IMG/VR virus record: IMGVR_UViG_3300044957_000763
Span: 1 to 64,000 of that record
Length of the DNA: 64,000 nucleotides
Strand: one strand, 5' to 3'
Below are positions 9,703 through 18,980 of the stretch, piece by piece. Position 1 is the stretch's first letter. Each line of letters starts with the position of its first letter. The position numbers were made by a program, and so were the translations under genes. The notes beneath the pieces were generated by a model. The model was not told the origin of the DNA and ran no database searches. It saw only the letters and a program-made list of their open reading frames with translations.

Positions 9703-10427
9703 CTTCGATTCATCCTTCCGAGTAATGCTCTTAGTCTTGGGTCTGACGATGGTGAAGTTTCTGAGCTGTCTGATTGTGTGGGTATTGATGATTCAAGCTC
9801 ACTGTATGCCATCCATACAATCTGATACCTTTCATAATCAGACATTTTTACCGCCCGCCATTCTGTAGCATTAAACACAAACACGCGTTTGATGATTCCA
9901 TCAACGTCTAATATGACTGGGTGCACCGGGTGCCCGAGCTCTCCAGAGAAGAATGATTTGGCAGAAGCGTATAGTGCCTGGGCTTCTCCAAACTGTACGA
10001 AAAACACTTTAGAGGCGTGTTCCCAAAGTTGAACTACGAAATCATATGATAGTTGGGATATATCTGTATTGTGTATGTTTTTTGTACTTGTTTCTGCAAT
10101 CCATCGAAGTGATTTTTTCAGAAGCTCTCTGCGTTCATATTCGCCGGCGAAGTACTCTCTCCCATCTTGTGATTTTCTAAATGCATACATTTCAATTTCG
10201 ACCGCCTCGCGCCAAGTTGGTTCGCGCATGCAACACAAATAAGTTTTATTTTCAAACTGAATTCGCAACAAAAACTCATCGTCTTTGGTACTGGGCAACC
10301 AGCTTTCAAATTCTGCAACAGTCACAGTAATAGGTTCGCTTGCTGTTTCTGCCTTGCGATTTTTGCGTGCTTCATTTAGCAATTCGCGCATCTTTTGTGC
10401 AGTTTCTAATTGATTGTCTTTTATCAT
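9699..10427 (-). CDS. Hypothetical protein, probable tail assembly chaperone-like (242 aa)
   Basis: Directly downstream of a tube-like gene; MREPTWREAVEIE resembles tail-chaperone motifs. Confidence 0.4.
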   Translation of the reverse strand: MIKDNQLETAQKMRELLNEARKNRKAETASEPITVTVAEFESWLPSTKDDEFLLRIQFENKTYLCCMREPTWREAVEIEMYAFRKSQDGREYFAGEYERRELLKKSLRWIAETSTKNIHNTDISQLSYDFVVQLWEHASKVFFVQFGEAQALYASAKSFFSGELGHPVHPVILDVDGIIKRVFVFNATEWRAVKMSDYERYQIVWMAYSELESSIPTQSDSSETSPSSDPRLRALLGRMNRR

Positions 10428-10429
10428 GA

Positions 10430-11626
10430 TTATTCCGTTGTTACGTAAAACTCTGATGTTGGGTATTCAGAGGTGGCTGCTGTAAACCCTTTGGTAACGG
10501 CATAGTCACAAGACCTGGCAACAAATGAATATGTCACATCATATGTCTTTCCGGGGTTTAGCGTAGTAGTTGGTTTGTTCCAGTCAACATTCTGCATTGG
10601 AAACAAAAACGGTCCGCCGAAATACATGGTAACTGAACCAGATGACCCCTGAGTCATACCTTCAAACAATGCTTCTCTGTCGCGACCAGTGAAAGTAATT
10701 TCTCCTCTTACAACTCGATTTGATATTGAGACAAACCTTGGGCCGTGTTGGTCACTTCTGCCTCTTGATGGGCACGTATATTCGAATTTGACATTTTGCT
10801 GTACACTCAAGTTCATACCAACCAATGCTTCATAATCCCAGTATCTCGAGTTTGACATTGAAAATGCCAGGTCTCCTGATGTTAATTGCAGTGTTGTGTC
10901 AAACCCACAATCCATAATATTCGCGGTGCGATATTCATTAGCATATCCTCGCGTTTCTATATCTCCGTCCCAAAACGCATTTGGTGGCATCAATGGAGAG
11001 CGAACCACTTTACCGCCTTTCCAATCAATACTTACCTGAACCGGTGCCATCGAACCAGAACCAGATACACTGAATGAAACAGACGACATGAATACAGGAC
11101 CATATGCGCGTGAGGCTGGTGTAGTGGTTCCAACAAACATTGGCATACCTGGATAGACTATTGATTGCCTTAATGCCAATTCACCAGGATAATTCAATGA
11201 CAAATAAGGAAATAGGACATCTCCGCTTGCCAATGGTATCAATGGAGATGTTTGCATTTTAGAGTCAAATACGTGGCCTGATGCAAGACTGTGCGTAAAT
11301 GGTGCAACTGCAAAATGTGTTTCTAGTGGCTCAAAAACTTTTGAACCTGCGTCATCAGAATACGACCCAACTAAGAGTGGTCGCCAATATGGAGATGTTG
11401 ATGACAAAGTGTTAAACCCAGACCCATTTCTCTCAAGTGGCAACCCGCTTGCCAATCTGTGCATGTCCCATGTATACGTGTCCTTAATGGGTTCTAGTCC
11501 GTTTCTGCGATTACACATTCCAATACGGGTTTGACTCTCATCTAACCATATGCCAGGATTGTAGTCGGTCATAGACATTAAGTACACAGACTGTTGTCCG
11601 CTTGAGATTAATGGCGGTGTTCTCAT
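10430..11626 (-). CDS. Tail-tube-like structural protein, paralogue B (398 aa)
   Basis: C-terminal half (LNLSVQQN...RVVRGEITF...FPMQNVDW...VTYSF) parallels 14303..15664. Confidence 0.5.
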   Translation of the reverse strand: MRTPPLISSGQQSVYLMSMTDYNPGIWLDESQTRIGMCNRRNGLEPIKDTYTWDMHRLASGLPLERNGSGFNTLSSTSPYWRPLLVGSYSDDAGSKVFEPLETHFAVAPFTHSLASGHVFDSKMQTSPLIPLASGDVLFPYLSLNYPGELALRQSIVYPGMPMFVGTTTPASRAYGPVFMSSVSFSVSGSGSMAPVQVSIDWKGGKVVRSPLMPPNAFWDGDIETRGYANEYRTANIMDCGFDTTLQLTSGDLAFSMSNSRYWDYEALVGMNLSVQQNVKFEYTCPSRGRSDQHGPRFVSISNRVVRGEITFTGRDREALFEGMTQGSSGSVTMYFGGPFLFPMQNVDWNKPTTTLNPGKTYDVTYSFVARSCDYAVTKGFTAATSEYPTSEFYVTTE

Positions 11627-12009
11627 CTGTTTCTCAGACCAGTCTTATTTAACCATTCTCGAGCGATTGTCCTTGGAATTTCATCATGCATCTGGCCTAC
11701 AACCTCTGGTGTAATCGGGATTTGTTTTCCTGTCTCATCTTTAATATTCCACATCTTTACGAAATTACAAACGATACCTCGGTATAGGTTTCTAGTTCTA
11801 ACCATCGCATTGCCAGTGATGTGATTGATAATGGTCGAGTCCTCTAGAACGCGAGACATTGTATCAAAATCGCGGCCTTTGCAAGCACAGATGATTTCGT
11901 TGCACTCTTCGCCGGAATCAGGACTAAGAAACTCAATGCCTCCACTCGGAATCATGCGAAACTTAAAACGTATTTCGATTGCTGGATTTTGGTCAACAAA
12001 TAAGCTCAT
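11623..12009 (-). CDS. Probable tail assembly chaperone (128 aa; start corrected to ATG 12009)
   Basis: VKMWNIKDETGKQIPITPEVVGQMH resembles the 'W.l.D..G..ip.t.e.i..L' pattern of phage tail chaperones. Confidence 0.55.
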   Translation of the reverse strand: MSLFVDQNPAIEIRFKFRMIPSGGIEFLSPDSGEECNEIICACKGRDFDTMSRVLEDSTIINHITGNAMVRTRNLYRGIVCNFVKMWNIKDETGKQIPITPEVVGQMHDEIPRTIAREWLNKTGLRNR

Positions 12010-12034
12010 AATATTCAACTTGTACAATTTTAAT

Positions 12035-12832
12035 GTGAGCAGAAAAGTCGTTATATCTACAGGTTTTGACCGTTCATATTTCCCAAAGACCAAGGATTAT
12101 ATTGATTCCGTGGCCGAGCACGGTGAATTTGATGAATCTGTTGCCTTGTGCTTGAACTTTATTCCAAATGAGTCTGAAATTTGTGAACCTTGGAGATATG
12201 TATATGTCAACGAGCACCAGGTCATAGCTCCGCATTCCAATAGATGTATGCAACATGGTGCATTCATCAGCTTCTTAAACCTAGACCACAATGATGTAGT
12301 TTTGTTTACTGACTCAGATATGCGAATGCAAAGACGAATGTGGCCTGAAGAAATGGCCACATTGCGAAAACTTAAACACGGGGAAGTATTTGTTGGCGAA
12401 AACAAAGATGCTAATGAAACCTTGTATGAAGAAGCCAAGTATTTGAGGTCGTTTGTACCATTAGAAAGTTTGCCAGATGTGTTCAAAGACGCTAATATCA
12501 AAACATCAAAGTGTTACAACACAGGCGTAATGGCGGCGACGGTTTCTACATTTTCGGTGATACTTGAGGAATACGCCAGGCATATTGGGAATATTGATTA
12601 CACATTTGAACACTACGCCAGACAACAATGGTTGATATCATATATCATTGCATATCGCGGAGACCTGAGTGTACGAATTATGCCTGCGACATTTCACACA
12701 CACGGTTGTCATGGTGCAAAACCGGGCACGTCATACAATGGATTGTCATACACCTATCATGGCGTTGATGTGTTGTTTGCCCATAATTTGCACCCACATA
12801 TGTTTCATCAAGAGAAATCAAGTGCGTTTTGA
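12035..12832 (+). CDS. GT-A (GT8-like) glycosyltransferase (start corrected to GTG 12035)
   Basis: VLFTDSD (DxD), CYNTGVMAA, QQWLISY; upstream part of the track ORF overlaps the chaperone gene. Confidence 0.7.
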   Translation: MSRKVVISTGFDRSYFPKTKDYIDSVAEHGEFDESVALCLNFIPNESEICEPWRYVYVNEHQVIAPHSNRCMQHGAFISFLNLDHNDVVLFTDSDMRMQRRMWPEEMATLRKLKHGEVFVGENKDANETLYEEAKYLRSFVPLESLPDVFKDANIKTSKCYNTGVMAATVSTFSVILEEYARHIGNIDYTFEHYARQQWLISYIIAYRGDLSVRIMPATFHTHGCHGAKPGTSYNGLSYTYHGVDVLFAHNLHPHMFHQEKSSAF

Positions 12833-13629
12833 CCAGTGATTGGAACGTATAATTGACGTTCTTTTCTAGAAACCTCTTCGTTGATAATTCCATTGACCTT
12901 GCGTGCATGAATTCGATAGGCTTCCCAGGGTTCTTCTACCAGGCTACTCTGAAACTCATGTGGCAAACTTTTAAGCGGCGGCGGCACTCTTCCCATTTGC
13001 CAATCAAGGTCGAAGGCATAAATGTAGTTGCTTGCGCCAATAGGCACACAGGAACGCCCTAGTTTGTTGGTTAGAATGGCTTCCTGGGCCCGTCTGGTGT
13101 ATTCCATGTGTTCGTAGCCATAAATGCCATAACGCTCGTCAAATCCGCCTATAACGTCAAGGCAGTGTCTGGTCATAAACATTAATACGCCTAGTTCGGC
13201 ATTGTACTCTTCAACACCAAATGCTTTTCCAACAGGGGCATAGGGTCCAATGTGTGCATTATATAGTAGATGATGGCAACCACTGTGCTTGTAACAATTA
13301 ACATAAAGTTCATCCCAGCCTGGTTGTTTTGGAAAGCAATCATCATCGAATAGAAAACAATAGTCACAATCACCAAGTCGCTCTAGACATTGATTTTTAG
13401 CCTTCGCAATGCCCATTCTATCACTGGCATAAACATAGTTCATTGAAAACCCGTGCTCTACACAAGATTGTTCATTTATGCTGGCAAAATTTTCGTCGCT
13501 ATTGTCGTCAAGGACAACAAATGAGTAATCCAGTCTTGGCTTGAACACGGCAAAGTGTCTAAGACATACCGACAAGACATCCGGCCTGTTTCTTGTTGTG
13601 ATTGCGATACCAATTTTCTCTGAAGTCAT
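12808..13629 (-). CDS. GT2 glycosyltransferase, paralogue of 7810..8583
   Basis: IGIAITTRNR, VLDDNS, GIAKAKN, FLFDDD, IGGFDERYGIYGYEH; start MTSEK overlaps the upstream stop (TAATG). Confidence 0.85.
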   Translation of the reverse strand: MTSEKIGIAITTRNRPDVLSVCLRHFAVFKPRLDYSFVVLDDNSDENFASINEQSCVEHGFSMNYVYASDRMGIAKAKNQCLERLGDCDYCFLFDDDCFPKQPGWDELYVNCYKHSGCHHLLYNAHIGPYAPVGKAFGVEEYNAELGVLMFMTRHCLDVIGGFDERYGIYGYEHMEYTRRAQEAILTNKLGRSCVPIGASNYIYAFDLDWQMGRVPPPLKSLPHEFQSSLVEEPWEAYRIHARKVNGIINEEVSRKERQLYVPITGQNALDFS

Positions 13630-14303
13630 TACATCCCCCACTTGTCAGCAAATGCCTGTCTTAATCCATGTGTTTTGTTAATTTTGTCTTTCGGGTCTAG
13701 TAGTTCGTGAGACTGAGACTCAAGATGTGTTACAAGCGAAGATGTGACAAGTGCGTGTTTCTTTTTAGTACATCTGAGATACTGTGCCAAGTCATTGTCC
13801 TGAAACCAAAAACTAAAAGCCTCGTCAAGTGGCATTATGTGTTTCAGTGTGTTTTGATTCATAACCAAACACCATCCGCAAAAATGTATACCAGACTCAA
13901 AACCAAACAATACCCCGTCGTCATATGGCCTGTGTGCTTCCCACACTGGACACTTTGGAGACGCAGAGTCCAAATTATACTCTTTCATCTTTTCGACAAT
14001 CTCAGAAAACCAGCCCCTGTGACACAAAACATCATTGTTCATGATGATAACATATTCGCTTGTGCATTCTGGCAAAGCAATATTTAGATATTGGTTGTAA
14101 TTAAACGGAACATTTGGGTGAATTGTGCGATGCACAATGTCTTTGTATGTCATACCATTGAGTTCTGGTGCGGTTTCCACTAAATGCACCCTAAAGCTCC
14201 AGTCACTTTCAGAAGAGTGCAACGATTCTATGCAATGGCGTGTCATTGCATAGAATCGTTCGTTTTTCGTATAGCTCAAAATAACAACATCAACTATTTT
14301 CAT
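13629..14303 (-). CDS. GT2 glycosyltransferase
   Basis: VDVVILSY, FNYNQYLNIA, IIMNNDVL, LDEAFSFWFQDND, VTHLES. Confidence 0.85.
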   Translation of the reverse strand: MKIVDVVILSYTKNERFYAMTRHCIESLHSSESDWSFRVHLVETAPELNGMTYKDIVHRTIHPNVPFNYNQYLNIALPECTSEYVIIMNNDVLCHRGWFSEIVEKMKEYNLDSASPKCPVWEAHRPYDDGVLFGFESGIHFCGWCLVMNQNTLKHIMPLDEAFSFWFQDNDLAQYLRCTKKKHALVTSSLVTHLESQSHELLDPKDKINKTHGLRQAFADKWGM

Positions 14304-15664
14304 CAGCTTGTAATATATGTCATGATTGGTAGGTCTTCATAAGCATCAGTTACCATTGTCCATTGAACTTGCCTAGTTTGGGTTTCTTTAGACTGACCTG
14401 TGCCGCTCGATGGAGCCCATATTACATGAGGGACATCAAGTCTGAAAGTGTCTGCTGAAATCCTTAGTCCATTTTGTCCAATTCCATTGGGACCCCCTAA
14501 TCGCTCGGCAAGTGCCCAAGGTTCTATTGGTGCTTTGTATGTAATTGTTCCACTCACGACGCGGCTTTCGACAGCAAGCGCAAACGGAAATGCGTTTAGC
14601 ATTTCTCGAGTGGCGGCATTGTCGTACTCTGGTCGTTCTGGTTCGCTTCCAATTGCATGCATAGAGTGTATTGGTACGATATTATGTTCGATTTTGAATG
14701 TGAATTCTTGTATACTGGTTGGCAATAGGTCAATTCCAGAAAATCCTCTGAACAACGGGCTGTCAATAAGACCATCCATACCAAAAGACCACGAATCAGA
14801 TGCAATAGATTCAATCACCACAGCGGTGTGTCCAACCATACGGGCCGGCGGTTGAGCTGCGTAGGCGGCTACAATGTTCGCTGATTCATTTCGAATTGCT
14901 ATTTGATGATATCTGTCAAGCCTGCACGCATTGATTTCAGATGACACCTTGATTGGCTGGCCTGGCTTGAAAGAAAGTTCAATATTCTTGACAAGGCAAC
15001 CTGTCATCAAACCTTCTCGCAGTGAAACCAGAGAAAAGGCTCTTTCGTGGAAAATGTCAGTGGCATCTCGTAGTGGTGCGAATATCTGTGTATCGGGTGT
15101 AGTGCCAAAGCCAATTGGGGCAGAAAACGTGAGTTTACCAAGACGCTTGTTGACATTTGTTACAGTTGCAGAACTTGTGGTTCCATTATTGATAATGGTA
15201 ACAGTAAAAGGGGTGGTTAATCTAACAAAATCTGCGGCGTTATCCACAAGTAATTCGGTTGTAGATGGTGAAACAGTTTGTCGACACTTGGTTATCGCCA
15301 CACTTGGTGTGCCAGCATACGACAATCTAGTCATGTGATACAAGTCAGCAAACGCGGGGTCAACCCATCCCTGAATTGGACTTTGCAGTGGCATATCCAG
15401 AGTGGCGGTAATGGTCAGTGGTGGTACCATAAAGTTGCTCGGGTCTACTGATTCTCCGGCTGACTTCTCGGTTACTTTAGGTGCTTGGTCTACGTTTAAT
15501 CTAAACGAACTTGCTGCGAGAATCGTGCGTGGTGTGACTTCATCTACGATGTCAATTGCATACAGCGGCTCGCTTGGTTCATTGCGCACAATTGCCAATA
15601 GGTCTACGAATCCCTCGTGAAACCCAAGCATTCCAAGACTACTATAGATTGATTGAACAGACAT
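14303..15664 (-). CDS. Tail-tube-like (major tail) structural protein, paralogue A (453 aa)
   Basis: Beta-rich; ELSFKPGQPIKVS, EFTFKIEH, RVVSGTITY, FRLDVPHVIW; lies within a tail operon. Confidence 0.55.
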   Translation of the reverse strand: MSVQSIYSSLGMLGFHEGFVDLLAIVRNEPSEPLYAIDIVDEVTPRTILAASSFRLNVDQAPKVTEKSAGESVDPSNFMVPPLTITATLDMPLQSPIQGWVDPAFADLYHMTRLSYAGTPSVAITKCRQTVSPSTTELLVDNAADFVRLTTPFTVTIINNGTTSSATVTNVNKRLGKLTFSAPIGFGTTPDTQIFAPLRDATDIFHERAFSLVSLREGLMTGCLVKNIELSFKPGQPIKVSSEINACRLDRYHQIAIRNESANIVAAYAAQPPARMVGHTAVVIESIASDSWSFGMDGLIDSPLFRGFSGIDLLPTSIQEFTFKIEHNIVPIHSMHAIGSEPERPEYDNAATREMLNAFPFALAVESRVVSGTITYKAPIEPWALAERLGGPNGIGQNGLRISADTFRLDVPHVIWAPSSGTGQSKETQTRQVQWTMVTDAYEDLPIMTYITS

Positions 15665-18096
15665 TACGGCACCGTTTCTACTGTTACAAAATCATACAGG
15701 CTCCAGGCAATACGATAATTTGTATCCATGCTTAGGTCAGCGCCTGGTGTGATGAGAACTTCGTCAACTCTATCAAACAAATCTGATTCAGAACCTATGA
15801 GAAACTCAGTGCCTCGAATAGTATTTCTTGGCACTGTAACACTGAATGTTTGTGGTGTGCCGGTTGCTCCGAGACGCGCAGTAATCGTAACAATCAATTC
15901 GTTCTTTGTAGGGCTGGCTTCTGGGTCTGACAAATCATACTCATCATCTCCAGCAAAAGAAACAACCGGGTCTCGTCCACGAATTAATGTGTTGGCTTCT
16001 ACAGGTGGAACATATACACGCAATCTTCTTGGTTCTAGTGCTATATCACCAGTCAGTCTTAGGCCTCGTTGTGTTACTGATTTACCAGCAACACCACTGT
16101 CAATATAACCGTACATTGGGTGAATGTATGCAGTTAGATTGTTGATTGTCGCCCATGTAGGCGGCGTTGTGGCTGTTGCATATTTACCGGTTGCAGTTGC
16201 TGACGATGCAATAAAACGAATGTTTCCACCTGTTGGCGCTGCTGATTGTTCAATCACAAGCCAGTAGTCACTGCCGTCAGCGAGGACTGCCTGTATCTTT
16301 AATAAGATAGTTCGTGTAGTTGCTGTCAAATCGCCATATGGTACAGTGTCTGTGGCTGTGGCCACCAAAGTCCCTGGTACGCCGGCATTATCATTATAAA
16401 TGTGAAATGTCAGTGTTTCTAGTGGATTTGACAACGTGGCTGATGCTTGAATTTGGCATCTGATACCATTAAGTAGCGTTCCAGAAGCCGTGAATTTCAT
16501 GGCTTCAAAAGTTGTTGACATGGTTCTGGTGGTGTTATATGTTAACCCTGGAAATGTGTATGAACCATATCCTGTGACTTCGTTTACACTAGTTAGCCGA
16601 TAATCAATCTGGTCTCCAACCAAATTTGAACGACGATATACATGATAGAAAAGAGCATCTGTTACTTCATCAAACTCGATATGATTAACAAAATAAGACG
16701 GACTAGAATAGCTTGCGTTGGCTGTAGTGTATGTGACAGGCGTTTCGCCATTGTTGGTCACAGCACTAACTCCGTAGATATATGTGCCTCGACTCATTGA
16801 AAAAGATTCGCTAGACCAGTACACATCATCGTTGCGATAACTTGTTCCTGTCACGTTGGTTGGTGCGTCACCAACAATTCCATATGCATAATCAAACAAG
16901 TCGCCTCTAAAAATAGCGAATGTGTGCTGTACGTCAACACCCCTGATGTCATAATATGCCCTGGCGAAATTGCGCGGAAATTCAAATCTTTCAAGGCCGG
17001 CAAATGAAATACCTCGAGCAAAATAGCTAGATGGCTTAAATGAGCGCGTCGCCCAATATGTCCTGAAATCCTGGTCTGGGGCATCAGCTACCTGGGCTGT
17101 GTACTCTTCCATAGCGGCCATCATGTTAGCCAAGCTGGCGTTATCTCTGGCTTGCTTCAAAGCAATTCTGGTTTGCTTAGCCGCTCTAGTAATAGTACTT
17201 GCGTCTGCAGAACCAAAAATTGGGTTGGTCGAATCTGGTGCTGGATATTCCTGAACTGTTCTCAAAATTACTGGTTCGCCGGCATCTTCTGTTAGTTCCG
17301 GGTCTTCTGGTGTACCAGCAAGCATGTCTGCGATTGGAAGCCACGTATCCGGCAACGGAGGAAAATAATAGAACGTTTCTGGATTTGTACCACCATGAAC
17401 CACAGGCAAACCATATAGTACAGAGAGCTTTGGTTCGTACACAAAATACACAGGAGAGCCGGAGGCAATTGATGGTGAAATACGGCCGTATCTAAGAGGG
17501 TCACTAACAAGCCCAACACCATTATCATAGCTCGGGTCTACAACAAGTGCGGTGCCGGCTGTATTTACGCCAGAAAACCTGACGAATACGTTGTTGACAT
17601 GTGCCGATGCAGGAAATCCAAGTGCCTCGACAAGACTGATGTTATTAATTGGTAATTCAGTTGCATTTGCCGAGGTTGCCGCAGAAGTTGTTGTGGAGTA
17701 AGATTGCGTAGCACGCTCAGCTTCTGTAATCGAAAAGCCTACTCTAATGCCATATAGATATCCAGCACCATATGTGTCAGCAAATACTCTTCGAATTGCA
17801 ACTTTTTGCGTTGGGATTACAAGTCTTTGCCCGTTATACCCAACTTCACCAGAACTGAAGTTCACAAAATACTTGTCGTTTACGTTGTCGTATGAACCAA
17901 CGAACCCTTCTGGCGTTGTTTCAAGAATACCAAAAGCAGGTAGTTGATTTGAAGCCAATTGCTCGAGTTGATATAGTTCAAAAGCGGCACTTTTTGGAGT
18001 AGTTTCATTGCCAACTCCATCTTGCACTGATACATGCATGTCGCCTATTGCTCTGACTAATTCGTAAATGTATTCTTCAACCATATCTATGCTCAC
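15664..18096 (-). CDS. Virion structural protein (810 aa; baseplate/tail)
   Basis: ORF track; Thr/Tyr-rich beta domains; FHIYNDNAGVPGTLVA...YWLVIE module. Confidence 0.55.
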   Translation of the reverse strand: MSIDMVEEYIYELVRAIGDMHVSVQDGVGNETTPKSAAFELYQLEQLASNQLPAFGILETTPEGFVGSYDNVNDKYFVNFSSGEVGYNGQRLVIPTQKVAIRRVFADTYGAGYLYGIRVGFSITEAERATQSYSTTTSAATSANATELPINNISLVEALGFPASAHVNNVFVRFSGVNTAGTALVVDPSYDNGVGLVSDPLRYGRISPSIASGSPVYFVYEPKLSVLYGLPVVHGGTNPETFYYFPPLPDTWLPIADMLAGTPEDPELTEDAGEPVILRTVQEYPAPDSTNPIFGSADASTITRAAKQTRIALKQARDNASLANMMAAMEEYTAQVADAPDQDFRTYWATRSFKPSSYFARGISFAGLERFEFPRNFARAYYDIRGVDVQHTFAIFRGDLFDYAYGIVGDAPTNVTGTSYRNDDVYWSSESFSMSRGTYIYGVSAVTNNGETPVTYTTANASYSSPSYFVNHIEFDEVTDALFYHVYRRSNLVGDQIDYRLTSVNEVTGYGSYTFPGLTYNTTRTMSTTFEAMKFTASGTLLNGIRCQIQASATLSNPLETLTFHIYNDNAGVPGTLVATATDTVPYGDLTATTRTILLKIQAVLADGSDYWLVIEQSAAPTGGNIRFIASSATATGKYATATTPPTWATINNLTAYIHPMYGYIDSGVAGKSVTQRGLRLTGDIALEPRRLRVYVPPVEANTLIRGRDPVVSFAGDDEYDLSDPEASPTKNELIVTITARLGATGTPQTFSVTVPRNTIRGTEFLIGSESDLFDRVDEVLITPGADLSMDTNYRIAWSLYDFVTVETVP

Positions 18097-18980
18097 GGCA
18101 AAATGATGTTTAATTCGTCTAGTAAGTATTGTTTCAATCTCTGCGGCATATCGTCGTTATATGTCGTCCAATAATCCACAAAATCTGGTGACCATGCCGT
18201 TAAATCAACCCACGCACTAACAAAATTGTACAGCGAGAGAGTTATCTGGTCTGCAATTTCTGCCTGAGAGCGCCAGTTGCTGATTGAACTTGGGTTAAAA
18301 TATGCAGCACTGATTTCATCAGCAAAACCACCCCACGCCCTGGGTGACCTCTTGTCTGAAAAATACACCTTAGCCTCTGTTAAACTGTTTGAGCCAGGAG
18401 TGTAATTATCAACACTAATGACAAATCGTTGCAATTCTAGGTATTCAACTTCGTCGCCTGGGTCTATAATAGTGAACGCAGACATGTATTCACTATTTAC
18501 AAGTTCAAGTGCTTCTGGAACTGAAATTGTTCTTCCAATTAACAATGGTGAACCCTCGTTGGTCGCACCGCCTTTGAATGGCAGTGCGTTAATGTTCAAA
18601 AATGGAGTAGTTGATACTTTGTACGCTACGGCGTATGTAGCACCAAAAACATAAACATCACTAAGTGGTCGGGCTCCTAAAAACACATCATAATCAAACG
18701 CGACTTCATATGGTGAAGAATCATATTTTGCTGTTGGTATTGCATCGCCATATTTTCGAAACAGGCCAGTTCCAACAACAACTGGTTTTAAGGCATTGCC
18801 TGCATCTGATGGCTCAACCCAACAAGCGCCGAATGAACACTCTAAATTTCTAGAAGATAATGCTGTGCCTATGGACATTTCTGCTGATGACAAAGCGCGG
18901 TCTTCAGCAGACAAAAACTTGTCTACTGCGACCACTACTCCATTCACTATTTCTGCGCTTAAAAATGGCTGTGACATCAA
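18093..18980 (-). CDS. Hypothetical virion protein (295 aa)
   Basis: ORF track; overlapping start/stop with structural neighbours. Confidence 0.55.
   Translation of the reverse strand: MMSQPFLSAEIVNGVVVAVDKFLSAEDRALSSAEMSIGTALSSRNLECSFGACWVEPSDAGNALKPVVVGTGLFRKYGDAIPTAKYDSSPYEVAFDYDVFLGARPLSDVYVFGATYAVAYKVSTTPFLNINALPFKGGATNEGSPLLIGRTISVPEALELVNSEYMSAFTIIDPGDEVEYLELQRFVISVDNYTPGSNSLTEAKVYFSDKRSPRAWGGFADEISAAYFNPSSISNWRSQAEIADQITLSLYNFVSAWVDLTAWSPDFVDYWTTYNDDMPQRLKQYLLDELNIILP

Noticed and set aside
11825-12093. Mutual overlap of the chaperone and GT ORFs as given in the track
   Set aside because: Starts at 12009 (-) and 12035 (+) remove the overlap and leave a 25-bp divergent spacer containing the motif.
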